Part shown: positions 41,023 to 50,203 of the stretch, in pieces | Numbering within the stretch: the stretch's first letter is position 1 | Layout: every line of letters starts with the position of its first letter | Source of the DNA: an uncultured Pelagibacteraceae bacterium | GTDB lineage: Bacteria; Pseudomonadota; Alphaproteobacteria; Pelagibacterales; Pelagibacteraceae | Assembly (NCBI GenBank): GCA_902571925.1 | Contig: CACGDW010000001.1 | Location: 85,483-149,482 of the forward strand | Direction of reading: 5' to 3' | Length of the DNA stretch: 64,000 nt | Made by a program: the position numbers and the translations under genes | The notes under the pieces: model-generated | Told to the model about the DNA's origin: nothing | Seen by the model: only the letters and a program-made list of their open reading frames with translations | The model's database searches: none

Positions 41023-42886
41023 ATCTTTTTTTTAATAAACTCATTAATCCTGCAAAACTTATTAGTAATACTGAAAGCCAAATCCAAATCATAAAAGGTT
41101 TGTCTTGATACCTGATATTGAAATAATCCTGATTTGAAACTAAATTCATAGTTATAAATCTATCTTTTAATAAATTAGTTTTAATATCCGCCTCACTAGT
41201 AATAATGTTTGGTTGGTTGTATACTCTTAATTCCGGGTTTAAAATTATTGTCTCATTATCCAACTCTTTTATTTTAAACTTACCAATAATTGCTTGGAAA
41301 TTTTTCTCGTTTTTTTTATCTATACTTTGAAAATCTATAATAAGACTTTTAGATTTAAAAGTTTGGCCAACTTTTAAATTTGTAATAACTTCTGTAGAAT
41401 AAATATTGTTAAATAAGATACTTAATATTAGTAAGCTGAATCCAAAGTGGGCTAGATTTTGAGATAAATTTTGATATCCTTTAATAAAAAAATCTCTCAA
41501 AGTTATAAAAAACAAATAAAAAGATGAGGTCAATAAAATAGAATTTATAAGAAAATTTATATCTAAATTTTTTATTATTATAAATGATATAAAAAATGAG
41601 ATAAATAAAAATAAAACCAAATACATTTTATTTTGAATTTCTGATTTTATCCATTTTAACTTTGGTCCAATTGCCATTGAAAGTAAAAATGGAATTAAAA
41701 AAGGAATTATCAATTTATTATAAAAAGGTGGCCCTACTGATATTTTTTCAGAAGTTATAACCTCTAAGAAAATTGGATAAATAGTACCAACTAAGACAAC
41801 TGAGAGAAAATACATCATGAACCAATTATTTACTAAAATTGAAGACTCTTTGCTTAACCAAAAAAAACTATTGTTGTTGTTTTCATTTTTATGAAAAAAG
41901 AAAAAAATAAAAAGAGACAAAAAGACTAAAGAGAATAAAAAAATAAGAATAAATAATCCTCTTTCAGGATCGTTTGCGAAAGTGTGAACTGAGTTTAATA
42001 TTCCTGATCTTACTAAAAAAGTACCACACATACTTAAAGTAAATGTTGCAATGGATAATATTATTACCCACGATGTTAAAATCAGTCTTTTTTCCAGAGC
42101 TAAAATACAATGCAAAAGAGTAGTTAAAGCTAACCATGGCATTAAAGAAACGTTTTCAACTGGATCCCAAAACCAAAATCCACCCCAACCTAGTTCGTAA
42201 TATGCCCAAATAGATCCTAACAAAATTCCTAAAGTTAAAAAGATCCAAGAAATTAAAACCCAAACTTTAATGTGTTTTGCCCAGTCTTTTGAAATAAAAT
42301 TCAAAGTTGTAGCGGCTAGAGCGGATGAAAAAATAATTGATGATCCAACATATCCTAAATATAAAATTGGTGGATGAATAGCTAGTGCTGGATCTTGAAG
42401 AATAGGATTTAGTCCTAATCCTTCGTTTGGTATTGGAAAAATGTAACTAAATGGATTTGATGTTTTTATTAAAAAAATAAAGAAACCAATTATAATTATT
42501 TGTTGAAACATTGAGGTTAAAATTCTGTAATTATTTGGTTGTTTTTTTGATTTAATCAAAAATAAAAATATAAATAATGTTAATACTAATAGCCAAAGTA
42601 ATAAACTTCCCTCATGGTTTCCCCATGTTCCAGAAATTTTATAAAATAAAGGTTTTGTTGTGTGTGAATGATTAAATACTGTTTCATTGCTAAAATCTGA
42701 ATTTATAAATGATATGATCAATCCAACAAAACTTACTATTACGAAAAACAGTTGTAAAAATGTGAATGATAAAATTTTATAATCAAACCTTTTGGGACTT
42801 TTGAAATTTCTTACTGAAAAGAAAAAAATAATCAAAGAACAACAAAATCCTAAAATTAGAGAATATGATCCAATTAAACTAGCCAA
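41012..42886 (-). CDS. ccmF: Heme lyase CcmF
   Basis: WGNHEGS, HPPILYLGY, WAYYELGWGGFWFWDPVEN, SVHTFA. Confidence 0.96.
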   Translation of the reverse strand: MASLIGSYSLILGFCCSLIIFFFSVRNFKSPKRFDYKILSFTFLQLFFVIVSFVGLIISFINSDFSNETVFNHSHTTKPLFYKISGTWGNHEGSLLLWLLVLTLFIFLFLIKSKKQPNNYRILTSMFQQIIIIGFFIFLIKTSNPFSYIFPIPNEGLGLNPILQDPALAIHPPILYLGYVGSSIIFSSALAATTLNFISKDWAKHIKVWVLISWIFLTLGILLGSIWAYYELGWGGFWFWDPVENVSLMPWLALTTLLHCILALEKRLILTSWVIILSIATFTLSMCGTFLVRSGILNSVHTFANDPERGLFILIFLFSLVFLSLFIFFFFHKNENNNNSFFWLSKESSILVNNWFMMYFLSVVLVGTIYPIFLEVITSEKISVGPPFYNKLIIPFLIPFLLSMAIGPKLKWIKSEIQNKMYLVLFLFISFFISFIIIKNLDINFLINSILLTSSFYLFFITLRDFFIKGYQNLSQNLAHFGFSLLILSILFNNIYSTEVITNLKVGQTFKSKSLIIDFQSIDKKNEKNFQAIIGKFKIKELDNETIILNPELRVYNQPNIITSEADIKTNLLKDRFITMNLVSNQDYFNIRYQDKPFMIWIWLSVLLISFAGLMSLLKKRYEN

Positions 42887-42889
42887 AAT

Positions 42890-43309
42890 TTATTTCTCCT
42901 CAATTGCTGCTTTTACCTCTGGGGGCATATAATTTTCATCATGTTTAGCCAAAATTTTAGTTGCTAAAAAAAAATTTTTATCCTTTAAAAATCCCTCTGC
43001 CACAACTCCTTTGCCTTCCTCAAAAAGATTTGGAATTGCTCCAGAATAAACAACGTTAATTTCATTTTTAAAATCTGTAATAACAAATTTAAGATCAGTT
43101 GCTTGAATGGATATGGAGCCACCTTTTACCATTCCTCCAACTCTTATCTTCTTTTTTTCGATTTCCGACAAAGATTTAATTTCTGATGGGGACTGAAAAT
43201 AAATAACATTTTCCTCAAGAGATTTCAGAATAAGAAATGCTGAAAAAGCTAAAATAAATAATACAGACAATACAAAAAAAAATCTTAATTTAACTTTACG
43301 ACCATACAT
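42890..43309 (-). CDS. ccmE: Heme chaperone CcmE
   Basis: [21 protein letters not shown]. Confidence 0.95.
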   Translation of the reverse strand: MYGRKVKLRFFFVLSVLFILAFSAFLILKSLEENVIYFQSPSEIKSLSEIEKKKIRVGGMVKGGSISIQATDLKFVITDFKNEINVVYSGAIPNLFEEGKGVVAEGFLKDKNFFLATKILAKHDENYMPPEVKAAIEEK

Positions 43310-43319
43310 GGTTTAAAAA

Positions 43320-43547
43320 TTAAATGCCTGATAAGTTAGATAGAATTTCTTTATTAATAGTTTGAGATTTTGCAAAGGCTGCCTTCTCAGATTCTAGTGT
43401 TCCAAATTTAGCAATAAACTTTTTCTTTTCTCTAGTATATTGAACTTTTGTAATTGTATAAAGTGATGTAAAACTTAGACATGTGAATATAAAAGCAGAC
43501 CAAACGTAGGCTCCATATCCATCCATAAATAATATTTCATTAATCAT
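43320..43547 (-). CDS. ccmD: Heme exporter protein CcmD
   Basis: MDGYGAYVWSAF, single TM, between ccmC and ccmE. Confidence 0.85.
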   Translation of the reverse strand: MINEILFMDGYGAYVWSAFIFTCLSFTSLYTITKVQYTREKKKFIAKFGTLESEKAAFAKSQTINKEILSNLSGI

Positions 43548-44251
43548 AATCTATCTAAACCTTTATTTTTTATCTTTATCAGTTCTGTATTATATTTCAT
43601 TAAAAAAATTAATAATGAAAATAGTGCAAATGCCGCAGTCATAATGACTAATGGCAAGAGCATAGAAGAATGAATTGATGACTTTGCTAAAATATTTATA
43701 GAAGATGATTGATGTAATGTATTCCACCAGTCTACAGAATATTTAATAATAGGGACATTAATAATTCCAAGGATTGTTATGATCGAGGACATCCTAAATG
43801 CTTTTTCATCGTCTTCATAAATTCTCCATACTATTAGGTACATAATATAAAATAGACCAAGGATTAACATTGAGGTAATTCTAGCATCCCAAGCCCACCA
43901 AGTTCCCCAGGTTGGCTTTCCCCAAATTGAACCGGTAACAAGTGCAATGATATTAAATACTAAACCAGATGGAGCCAAACTTTTTGAAATCAAAAAAAAA
44001 TTTCTTATTTTAAAAATATATCCAATTATTGATAAGAAAGTCATAGATGAAAAAATTCCAAGTGTAATCCATGCCGCTGGAACGTGTACATACATGATTC
44101 TTACTGAATGACTTTGTTTATAATCCTCAGGAGATAAAATTAGAGACTCAACAAGGCCTATAGATAAGACAGTAATAAATAATATAAAAACATATTTTGG
44201 GGCCCTAGACGTTACCGAAAAGATCTTATTAGGTTGAAAGTATTTAAACAT
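43544..44251 (-). CDS. ccmC: Heme exporter protein CcmC
   Basis: YVHVPAAW, WGKPTWGTWWAWDAR, WWNTLHQ. Confidence 0.96.
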   Translation of the reverse strand: MFKYFQPNKIFSVTSRAPKYVFILFITVLSIGLVESLILSPEDYKQSHSVRIMYVHVPAAWITLGIFSSMTFLSIIGYIFKIRNFFLISKSLAPSGLVFNIIALVTGSIWGKPTWGTWWAWDARITSMLILGLFYIMYLIVWRIYEDDEKAFRMSSIITILGIINVPIIKYSVDWWNTLHQSSSINILAKSSIHSSMLLPLVIMTAAFALFSLLIFLMKYNTELIKIKNKGLDRL

Positions 44252-44298
44252 AAGTAAAATGTATTTTAATTTATAGATCTTTTATTATGAAAAAATTA

Positions 44299-44360
44299 TC
44301 TGATCAAGAATGTAGAGGGAGATAATAACGAAGGGTAAATAATTTACACTCTTGACCAGA
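44299..44360. other. Long imperfect hairpin in ccmC-hspQ spacer (candidate structured RNA)
   Basis: TCTGATCAAGAATGTAGA (44299-44316) pairs with TTTACACTCTTGACCAGA (44343-44360); 26-nt loop. Confidence 0.55.
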
Positions 44361-44426
44361 ATTACAATTTTTATATCTAATAGCTGTGACGAAGATTTGA
44401 GCTAAATGTGTTTAAAAAGTGATTTT

Positions 44427-44747
44427 TTAGTTAGAAAGCTTAAAATAACTGGATCCTTTTTTCCCTGAAAAAATCTCCTCAATCAAAGGGTGTTTTATTG
44501 GCTCATCTGAGTCATCCATCAATAAATTTTGTTCAGATACGTAAGCCTCATAAGTAATTTCATCATTTTCTGCCAAAAGATGGTAAAAAGGCTGGTCTTT
44601 TCTAGGTCTAACGTTTTTTGGTATTGATTGATACCATTCTTCAGAGTTATTAAACTCAAAATCTACATCATAAATTACACCTCTAAATTCAAAGTGTTTA
44701 TGTTTTACAATATCTCCTATTGAAAATTTTGCTTTTTGAGTTGGCAT
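44427..44747 (-). CDS. hspQ: Heat shock protein HspQ (YccV-like)
   Basis: KFSIGDIVKH, RGVIYDVD, QPFYHLLAE, AYVSEQNL. Confidence 0.92.
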   Translation of the reverse strand: MPTQKAKFSIGDIVKHKHFEFRGVIYDVDFEFNNSEEWYQSIPKNVRPRKDQPFYHLLAENDEITYEAYVSEQNLLMDDSDEPIKHPLIEEIFSGKKGSSYFKLSN

Positions 44748-44754
44748 TTAACTA

Positions 44755-44782
44755 AGTATGGGTATTTAAAAATAAAAATCAA
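44755..44782 (-). promoter_or_regulatory. Putative RpoH (sigma32) promoter of hspQ
   Basis: Minus strand TTGATT-N14-CCCATACT, similar to TTGAAA-N13/14-CCCCATNT, upstream of a heat-shock gene. Confidence 0.5.
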
Positions 44783-44835
44783 TAAGAAAAATTTAAAATT
44801 TTTGTTAAAATATATTTTATGTTAATATCTTTAAA

Positions 44836-45387
44836 GTGAATAAATCCTTTTTAAAGTTTCTTACCGATTTTGGACCATTAGTGATTTTTTTTTACTATTA
44901 TTATGATAGTGGAAAAGATTTAAAAATAGCGATTCCTCCCTTTATCATTGCGACAATAATAGCATTAGTTCTAATGTGGATTATAGAAAAAAAAATTCCA
45001 AAAGTTCCTTTATTAAGTGGGATATTGATTACATTTTTTGGAGGATTAACTATTTATTTCAATAACCCGATGTTTATTTATATTAAACCAACAATTATAA
45101 ATATTTTATTTGGTTTAGCTCTAATTTTCGGAAAATTTTTTACTAGTGAACCTATTCTTAAAAAATTAATGGGAAAATCGGTTTCATTGACTAATGAGGG
45201 TTGGGAAATATTAAATAAAAGATGGATATACTTCTTTTTTGGTTTGGCAATTTTAAATGAGCTAGTTTGGAGGACACAATCAGAGGAATTTTGGGTAAAT
45301 TTTAAAGTATGGGGCTTATTACCAATAACATTTATTTTTACAGCTTTCCAAATAGGATTAATAAACAAGTATAAAACAAATGAATAA
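44836..45387 (+). CDS. ispZ: Inner membrane protein YciB/IspZ
   Basis: DFGPL, FIYIKPTI, NELVWR..SEEFWVNFKVWG. Confidence 0.92.
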   Translation: MNKSFLKFLTDFGPLVIFFYYYYDSGKDLKIAIPPFIIATIIALVLMWIIEKKIPKVPLLSGILITFFGGLTIYFNNPMFIYIKPTIINILFGLALIFGKFFTSEPILKKLMGKSVSLTNEGWEILNKRWIYFFFGLAILNELVWRTQSEEFWVNFKVWGLLPITFIFTAFQIGLINKYKTNE

Positions 45388-45721
45388 TAATTTACGATTA
45401 GTAGTAAACAATGTTAATGACAAAAAATTAGAAGGCAAACATTTTTTTGAAAAGAATGAATTAAAAATTATTTTAGATTTATATGCAAAAATGGTCTCTG
45501 AAGGTTCTTGGAAAGATTATGGACTTAGCATATCAAGTAAACAAGTTGGTTTTAGTGTTTTTAAAAATGCAACAGAAAATGCACTTTATAAAATATGCAA
45601 AAACTTTAAACCCAAAAATAAAAACCTTAAATATCTGATAACTGACACTAATGGCAAAATATTAAAAAACTCTTTTGATTTAAATTTGCTTTTAAAAAAT
45701 ACTAATTGGAAAAAACTTTAA
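45380..45721 (+). CDS. DUF2794-like protein
   Basis: F.K.ELKIILDLYAKMVSEGSWKDY, FSVFK..TE. Confidence 0.75.
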   Translation: MNNNLRLVVNNVNDKKLEGKHFFEKNELKIILDLYAKMVSEGSWKDYGLSISSKQVGFSVFKNATENALYKICKNFKPKNKNLKYLITDTNGKILKNSFDLNLLLKNTNWKKL

Positions 45722-45726
45722 AATAA

Positions 45727-46488
45727 TTATCTTCTCTGACCGAAAAGTCTTAAAAGCATAATAAATAAATTAATAAAGTCTAAATAAAGAGTTAAAGCTC
45801 CCATTACAGCTTTTTTTCCTATTACTTCGCCTGAGTCACTTGAAGCATACATATTTTTAATTTTTTGAGTATCGTATGCTGTAAGACCAACGAAAATTAA
45901 AACCCCTAATACCGAAATAACAAAATACATCATAGAAGACTTCATAAAAATGTTTACTAATGAAGCAATAATAATTCCAATCAATCCCATAATTAAAAAA
46001 GATCCTAATTTTGTTAAATCTCTTTTAGTTGTGTAACCGTAGATGCTCATAGCCCCAAATGTTGCTGAACATATAAAGAAAACTCTAGTAACACTCATTC
46101 CAGTATAAATTAGTAAAATTGAGGATAAGGATAGACCCATTAATGCTGCAAAAATCCAAAAAGTAGTTTGAGCTTTTGATGCACTCATCTTATTTATTCC
46201 AAAGCTCATGTAAAAAACAATCCCTAACGGTGCAAGCATAACAATCCATTTAAGTCCTGACATGTAAATTGCATTACCCATTTGTGTAAGACCAACAATA
46301 GACCCACCAGCATCAGTTACTACTGACATCTTGAATGTTAAAAGAGCAATAATTCCAGTTAATAATATCCCCGTTGCCATGTAATTATATACTTTTAGCA
46401 TGTAGGCTCTTAAACCTTCATCCATTACTACAGTTGATTGTTGAGCTACTTTTGCTCTACCTAAGATTCCTTTTTTGTCGAATTCCAT
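45727..46488 (-). CDS. Bax inhibitor-1/YccA family membrane protein
   Basis: DEGLRAYMLKVYNYM, YGYTTKRDL, GALTLYLDFINLF. Confidence 0.92.
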   Translation of the reverse strand: MEFDKKGILGRAKVAQQSTVVMDEGLRAYMLKVYNYMATGILLTGIIALLTFKMSVVTDAGGSIVGLTQMGNAIYMSGLKWIVMLAPLGIVFYMSFGINKMSASKAQTTFWIFAALMGLSLSSILLIYTGMSVTRVFFICSATFGAMSIYGYTTKRDLTKLGSFLIMGLIGIIIASLVNIFMKSSMMYFVISVLGVLIFVGLTAYDTQKIKNMYASSDSGEVIGKKAVMGALTLYLDFINLFIMLLRLFGQRR

Positions 46489-46570
46489 AATGATGAGAAT
46501 ATATAGTCTTTTACTAATTATTCAAGATGCCTTAAAAGATTATTAAAAAATTAATACTTAAAAAACCTTA

Positions 46571-47611
46571 ATGAACTACAAAAAATTAGGTAATACTAAT
46601 CTTGATGTCAGTACAATTTGTCTCGGTACCATGACTTGGGGGGAACAAAACACCCAAGAAGAAGGCTTTGAACAAATGGATTATGCTATAGATCAGGGAG
46701 TTAACTTTTGGGATACTGCAGAGATTTATTCTATTCCGATGAGGGAAGAGACTTATGGAGAAACTGAGAGAATAATTGGAAATTGGTTTAAAAAAACAAA
46801 TAAGAGAAATAAAGTTATATTAGCTACTAAAGTTTGTGGAAATACTTCCAACAAATATATTAGGGGTGGTGGATACAATTTTGGAAAAAAAAAAATTGCA
46901 CAAGCATTAGAGGAAAGTTTAAGAAGACTTAAAACAGATTACATTGATTTATATCAACTTCATTGGCCCGAAAGAACTACAAATTTTTTTGGTAAACATG
47001 GTTATGCACATGATGAAGAAGATAAAAGTTGGACACCCTTTGAGGAAATCTTAGAAAGTTTAAATAAATTTATTAATGAAGGAAAAATTAGATATGTGGG
47101 TTTATCAAATGAAACTGCGTGGGGCCTAGCTAAATTTCTTGAGCTTTCAAAATTAAAAAGTCTACCTAAAATGATGTCTGTTCAAAATCCCTATAATTTA
47201 CTTAATAGAACTTATGAGGTTGGGCTTGCAGAAATATCTGTTAGAGAAAAAAGCGGATTATTGGCTTACTCACCATTAGCATTTGGATATCTTACTGGCA
47301 AATACAGAAATAATACTCTTCCTAAGAAATCTAGAATGGATTTATTCAAAGATTTTACTAGATATAAAAATGAAAATGGTCAAAAAGCTATTGATGAATA
47401 TTATAAAATATCAAAAAAATATAATATTGATTTTACACAAATGTCCTTAAAATTTTGTGAAATTCAGCCTTTTATGACAAGTGTAATTATTGGTGCAACT
47501 ACAATGGAACAGTTGAAAACAAATATAGAAAGTGTAAATGTAAGTTTATCTAATGAAATTATTAATGAGATTAACAATATTCAAAAAAAATACCCAAACC
47601 CATGCCCCTAA
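46571..47611 (+). CDS. Aldo/keto reductase (Tas-like)
   Basis: LGTMTWGEQN, DTAEIY, DLYQLHWP, GLSNET, YSPLAFG. Confidence 0.92.
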   Translation: MNYKKLGNTNLDVSTICLGTMTWGEQNTQEEGFEQMDYAIDQGVNFWDTAEIYSIPMREETYGETERIIGNWFKKTNKRNKVILATKVCGNTSNKYIRGGGYNFGKKKIAQALEESLRRLKTDYIDLYQLHWPERTTNFFGKHGYAHDEEDKSWTPFEEILESLNKFINEGKIRYVGLSNETAWGLAKFLELSKLKSLPKMMSVQNPYNLLNRTYEVGLAEISVREKSGLLAYSPLAFGYLTGKYRNNTLPKKSRMDLFKDFTRYKNENGQKAIDEYYKISKKYNIDFTQMSLKFCEIQPFMTSVIIGATTMEQLKTNIESVNVSLSNEIINEINNIQKKYPNPCP

Positions 47612-48114
47612 TTAAAAAAATTTTATTTTTATCAATTGCCATTTTTGCCCTATCAGGATCAAAAATATTTGCTGAAGACTTAAAAAAAGTCGGAAAATTT
47701 AAAGATTGGGAAGTAATGATAATGGCAGGAACATCAGGTAAAGTATGTTTCGCACAATCAACTCCTGTTTTGCAAGCACCTAAGACAAATAAGAGAGATG
47801 CTAGATTATTTATAACTTTTAGACCAAATGAAAAAATTTCTAATGAAATAAGCACTACTGCAGGTTATGAATTTAATAAAAATAATTCTGTTTTAGCTAC
47901 CTCAGGAAATAACAAATTTAAATTCGATATTAAGCAACAAGGATTTGCATGGATGACTAGCAATAAAAAAGAAAATATAATGGTAAAAGTTATGAAAAAA
48001 GGATCAAGAATTATGGTTGCAGGATATAACGAAAAAGGATCACAGACCATTGATCATTACTCATTATTGGGATTTACTAAAGCTTATAATACTGCAAAAA
48101 AAGCCTGCAGCTAA
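47602..48114 (+). CDS. Invasion-associated locus B (IalB)-family exported protein
   Basis: Signal peptide, GKFKDW, KVCFA, MKKG, YSLLGFTKA..C. Confidence 0.75.
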   Translation: MPLIKKILFLSIAIFALSGSKIFAEDLKKVGKFKDWEVMIMAGTSGKVCFAQSTPVLQAPKTNKRDARLFITFRPNEKISNEISTTAGYEFNKNNSVLATSGNNKFKFDIKQQGFAWMTSNKKENIMVKVMKKGSRIMVAGYNEKGSQTIDHYSLLGFTKAYNTAKKACS

Positions 48115-48117
48115 TAA

Positions 48118-49305
48118 ATGAAATCAAAAAAAAGAATTGTACTCGCTTATTCTGGTGGGTTGGATACGTCTATTATTCTTAAATGGCTTCAAGAAAATTA
48201 CAAAGCTGAAATAATTTGTTATACGGCTGATATAGGTCAAGAAATTGATAAAAAAAAAATAATTAATAATGCAAAAAAATTAGGGGTTAGAAAAATAATA
48301 ATAAAAGATCTTAAGGATACATTTGTAAAAGATTATGTTTTCCCAATGCTCAGAGGTCACGCAGTTTATGAGGGTATTTATTTATTGGGTACCTCTATAG
48401 CAAGACCATTAATTGCAAAAGATCAAATTAGAATTGCTAAAAAATATAAAGCTTATGCGGTATCTCATGGTTCGACTGGAAAAGGTAATGATCAAGTTAG
48501 ATTTGAACTTGGTTATCATTTTTTTGGACCAAAAATAAAAATAATTGCACCATGGAGAATTTGGAAATTAAATTCCAGAACAGACTTAATTAAATATGCA
48601 AAAAAACATAGGATTGTTATTCCAAAAGATAAAAAAGGTGCTCCTCCTTTTTCAGTTGATGATAATTTATTTCATACTTCAACTGAAGGAAAAGTTTTAG
48701 AAAATCCAAAAAATTCTGCACCAGAGTTTATTTTTCAAAGAACAGTTTCACCAGAAAAAGCACCTCATAGAGCATCTTTTGTAACTATAAATTTTAAAAA
48801 TGGAGATCCTTTTGGGGTAAATGGAAAAAGATTAAGTCCTGCAAAATTACTGGAGAGATTAAATCAATTGGCTGGTAAAAATGGAATTGGGAGGGTGGAC
48901 TTAGTAGAAAATAGATTTCTAGGAATTAAATCAAGAGGAGTATATGAAACACCAGGAGGAACACTGCTAATTAAGGCTCATAGAGCAATTGAGTCTGTCA
49001 CTTTAGATAAAGATACTATGCATAAAAAAGACAATATAATGTCTAGATATGCTGAACTAATCTATAATGGTTATTGGTATTCAAAAGAAAGATTTAAACT
49101 TCAAAAAATTGTAGATCTTAAAAAAAATAAAGTTAATGGCAGCGTAAAACTTAAACTTTATAAAGGTAACATATCAATAGAATCAAGGGTAACAAGTGGT
49201 AAAGCTTATTCGATGAAAAAAGTTTCATTTGAGGAAAATAAATCGTTTAATAAAAAAAATGTTGAGAAATTTATAAATTTTCATAAGAAAAAACTACGTT
49301 CTTAA
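48118..49305 (+). CDS. argG: Argininosuccinate synthase
   Basis: LAYSGGLDTS, HGSTGKGNDQVRFE, KSRGVYETPGG. Confidence 0.97.
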   Translation: MKSKKRIVLAYSGGLDTSIILKWLQENYKAEIICYTADIGQEIDKKKIINNAKKLGVRKIIIKDLKDTFVKDYVFPMLRGHAVYEGIYLLGTSIARPLIAKDQIRIAKKYKAYAVSHGSTGKGNDQVRFELGYHFFGPKIKIIAPWRIWKLNSRTDLIKYAKKHRIVIPKDKKGAPPFSVDDNLFHTSTEGKVLENPKNSAPEFIFQRTVSPEKAPHRASFVTINFKNGDPFGVNGKRLSPAKLLERLNQLAGKNGIGRVDLVENRFLGIKSRGVYETPGGTLLIKAHRAIESVTLDKDTMHKKDNIMSRYAELIYNGYWYSKERFKLQKIVDLKKNKVNGSVKLKLYKGNISIESRVTSGKAYSMKKVSFEENKSFNKKNVEKFINFHKKKLRS

Positions 49306-49359
49306 ACCTCAGGTCAATTTATCATTTGTTTAATTTTTTAGAAACTATATCTTAGTATT

Positions 49360-49818
49360 ATGGAATCTTTAAAAAATTGGATGAAAGATGCTGCAAACAT
49401 TTTATTTGATGATAGTAAAAATGATTTAAGAGCTCTTCCTAAAACTGTAAGATTACAAATTCTTTTAGTTTTAAGTTTTATTTGGACTACTGTTTTTAGT
49501 TTGTACGTATTTTCTTACACCACTTTTGCGTTTGGTTGGGCGGGACTTTTTGTGGCCCATGTTGGATTGATATTTGCGGTGTATATGACATTTAAACATT
49601 TTCACAGAGCCGAAGAAAGTTCAGCTAGTGTTTTTAAAACCAAAAATTTTGATCCATTTAAAATAATGGTTATTGTTTTTGTAATTGTATTTATTTTTGT
49701 TTTTTCAAAAGGTATTGAGGTCTTAACCAGTCCAAACCCATATTCTTACTCGATTCCCTACGATGGTTCTTCAAAATCAGTATTTGAAAAATGGCTGCCA
49801 TTTAGTAAAGATAAGTAA
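49360..49818 (+). CDS. Hypothetical membrane protein
   Basis: 152-aa ORF with ~3 TM; stop overlaps next start. Confidence 0.7.
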   Translation: MESLKNWMKDAANILFDDSKNDLRALPKTVRLQILLVLSFIWTTVFSLYVFSYTTFAFGWAGLFVAHVGLIFAVYMTFKHFHRAEESSASVFKTKNFDPFKIMVIVFVIVFIFVFSKGIEVLTSPNPYSYSIPYDGSSKSVFEKWLPFSKDK

Positions 49819-50198
49819 TGGAAAAGATTGCTAAAAATTTACAGCTAGTATTAATGGTTATTATTTTAATCAGTACTGTTATTGCTGTTGGGATTGAAAT
49901 AAATAAAATGTTTCTAGCTCAATCTGTAACTTTGGCAGATTTACTGTTGATGTTTCTTTACTTAGAAGTACTAGCAATGGTTAGGGTTTTTTGGGATCAG
50001 CAATCAATAAGTATAACCTTGCCACTTCTAATAGCAATTACTGCACTCGCGCGATTTATTATTCTTCAAGGAAAAGAGATGGATCCAACTGCTTTAGTTT
50101 ATGAAGCTGTTGCTATAGTTCTTATCGCTGGTGCGATAGTGATTTTAAGATTGAGACATAGCGACAAATTAGGTCTTAAAAGAAAAAAAAATAAATAA
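49818..50198 (+). CDS. PsiE-family membrane protein
   Basis: LADLLLMFLYLE, IAITALARFIIL. Confidence 0.82.
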   Translation: MEKIAKNLQLVLMVIILISTVIAVGIEINKMFLAQSVTLADLLLMFLYLEVLAMVRVFWDQQSISITLPLLIAITALARFIILQGKEMDPTALVYEAVAIVLIAGAIVILRLRHSDKLGLKRKKNK

Positions 50199-50203
50199 TC
50201 AAA

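Noticed and set aside
44287-44325. 12-codon ORF MKKLSDQECRGR on plus strand in the hairpin spacer
   Set aside because: No RBS, very short and expected by chance; the hairpin explains the sequence better
44252-44426. Possible 6S RNA
   Set aside because: Length is compatible, but I see no recognisable 6S conserved segments or central-bubble architecture; left as an unclassified candidate
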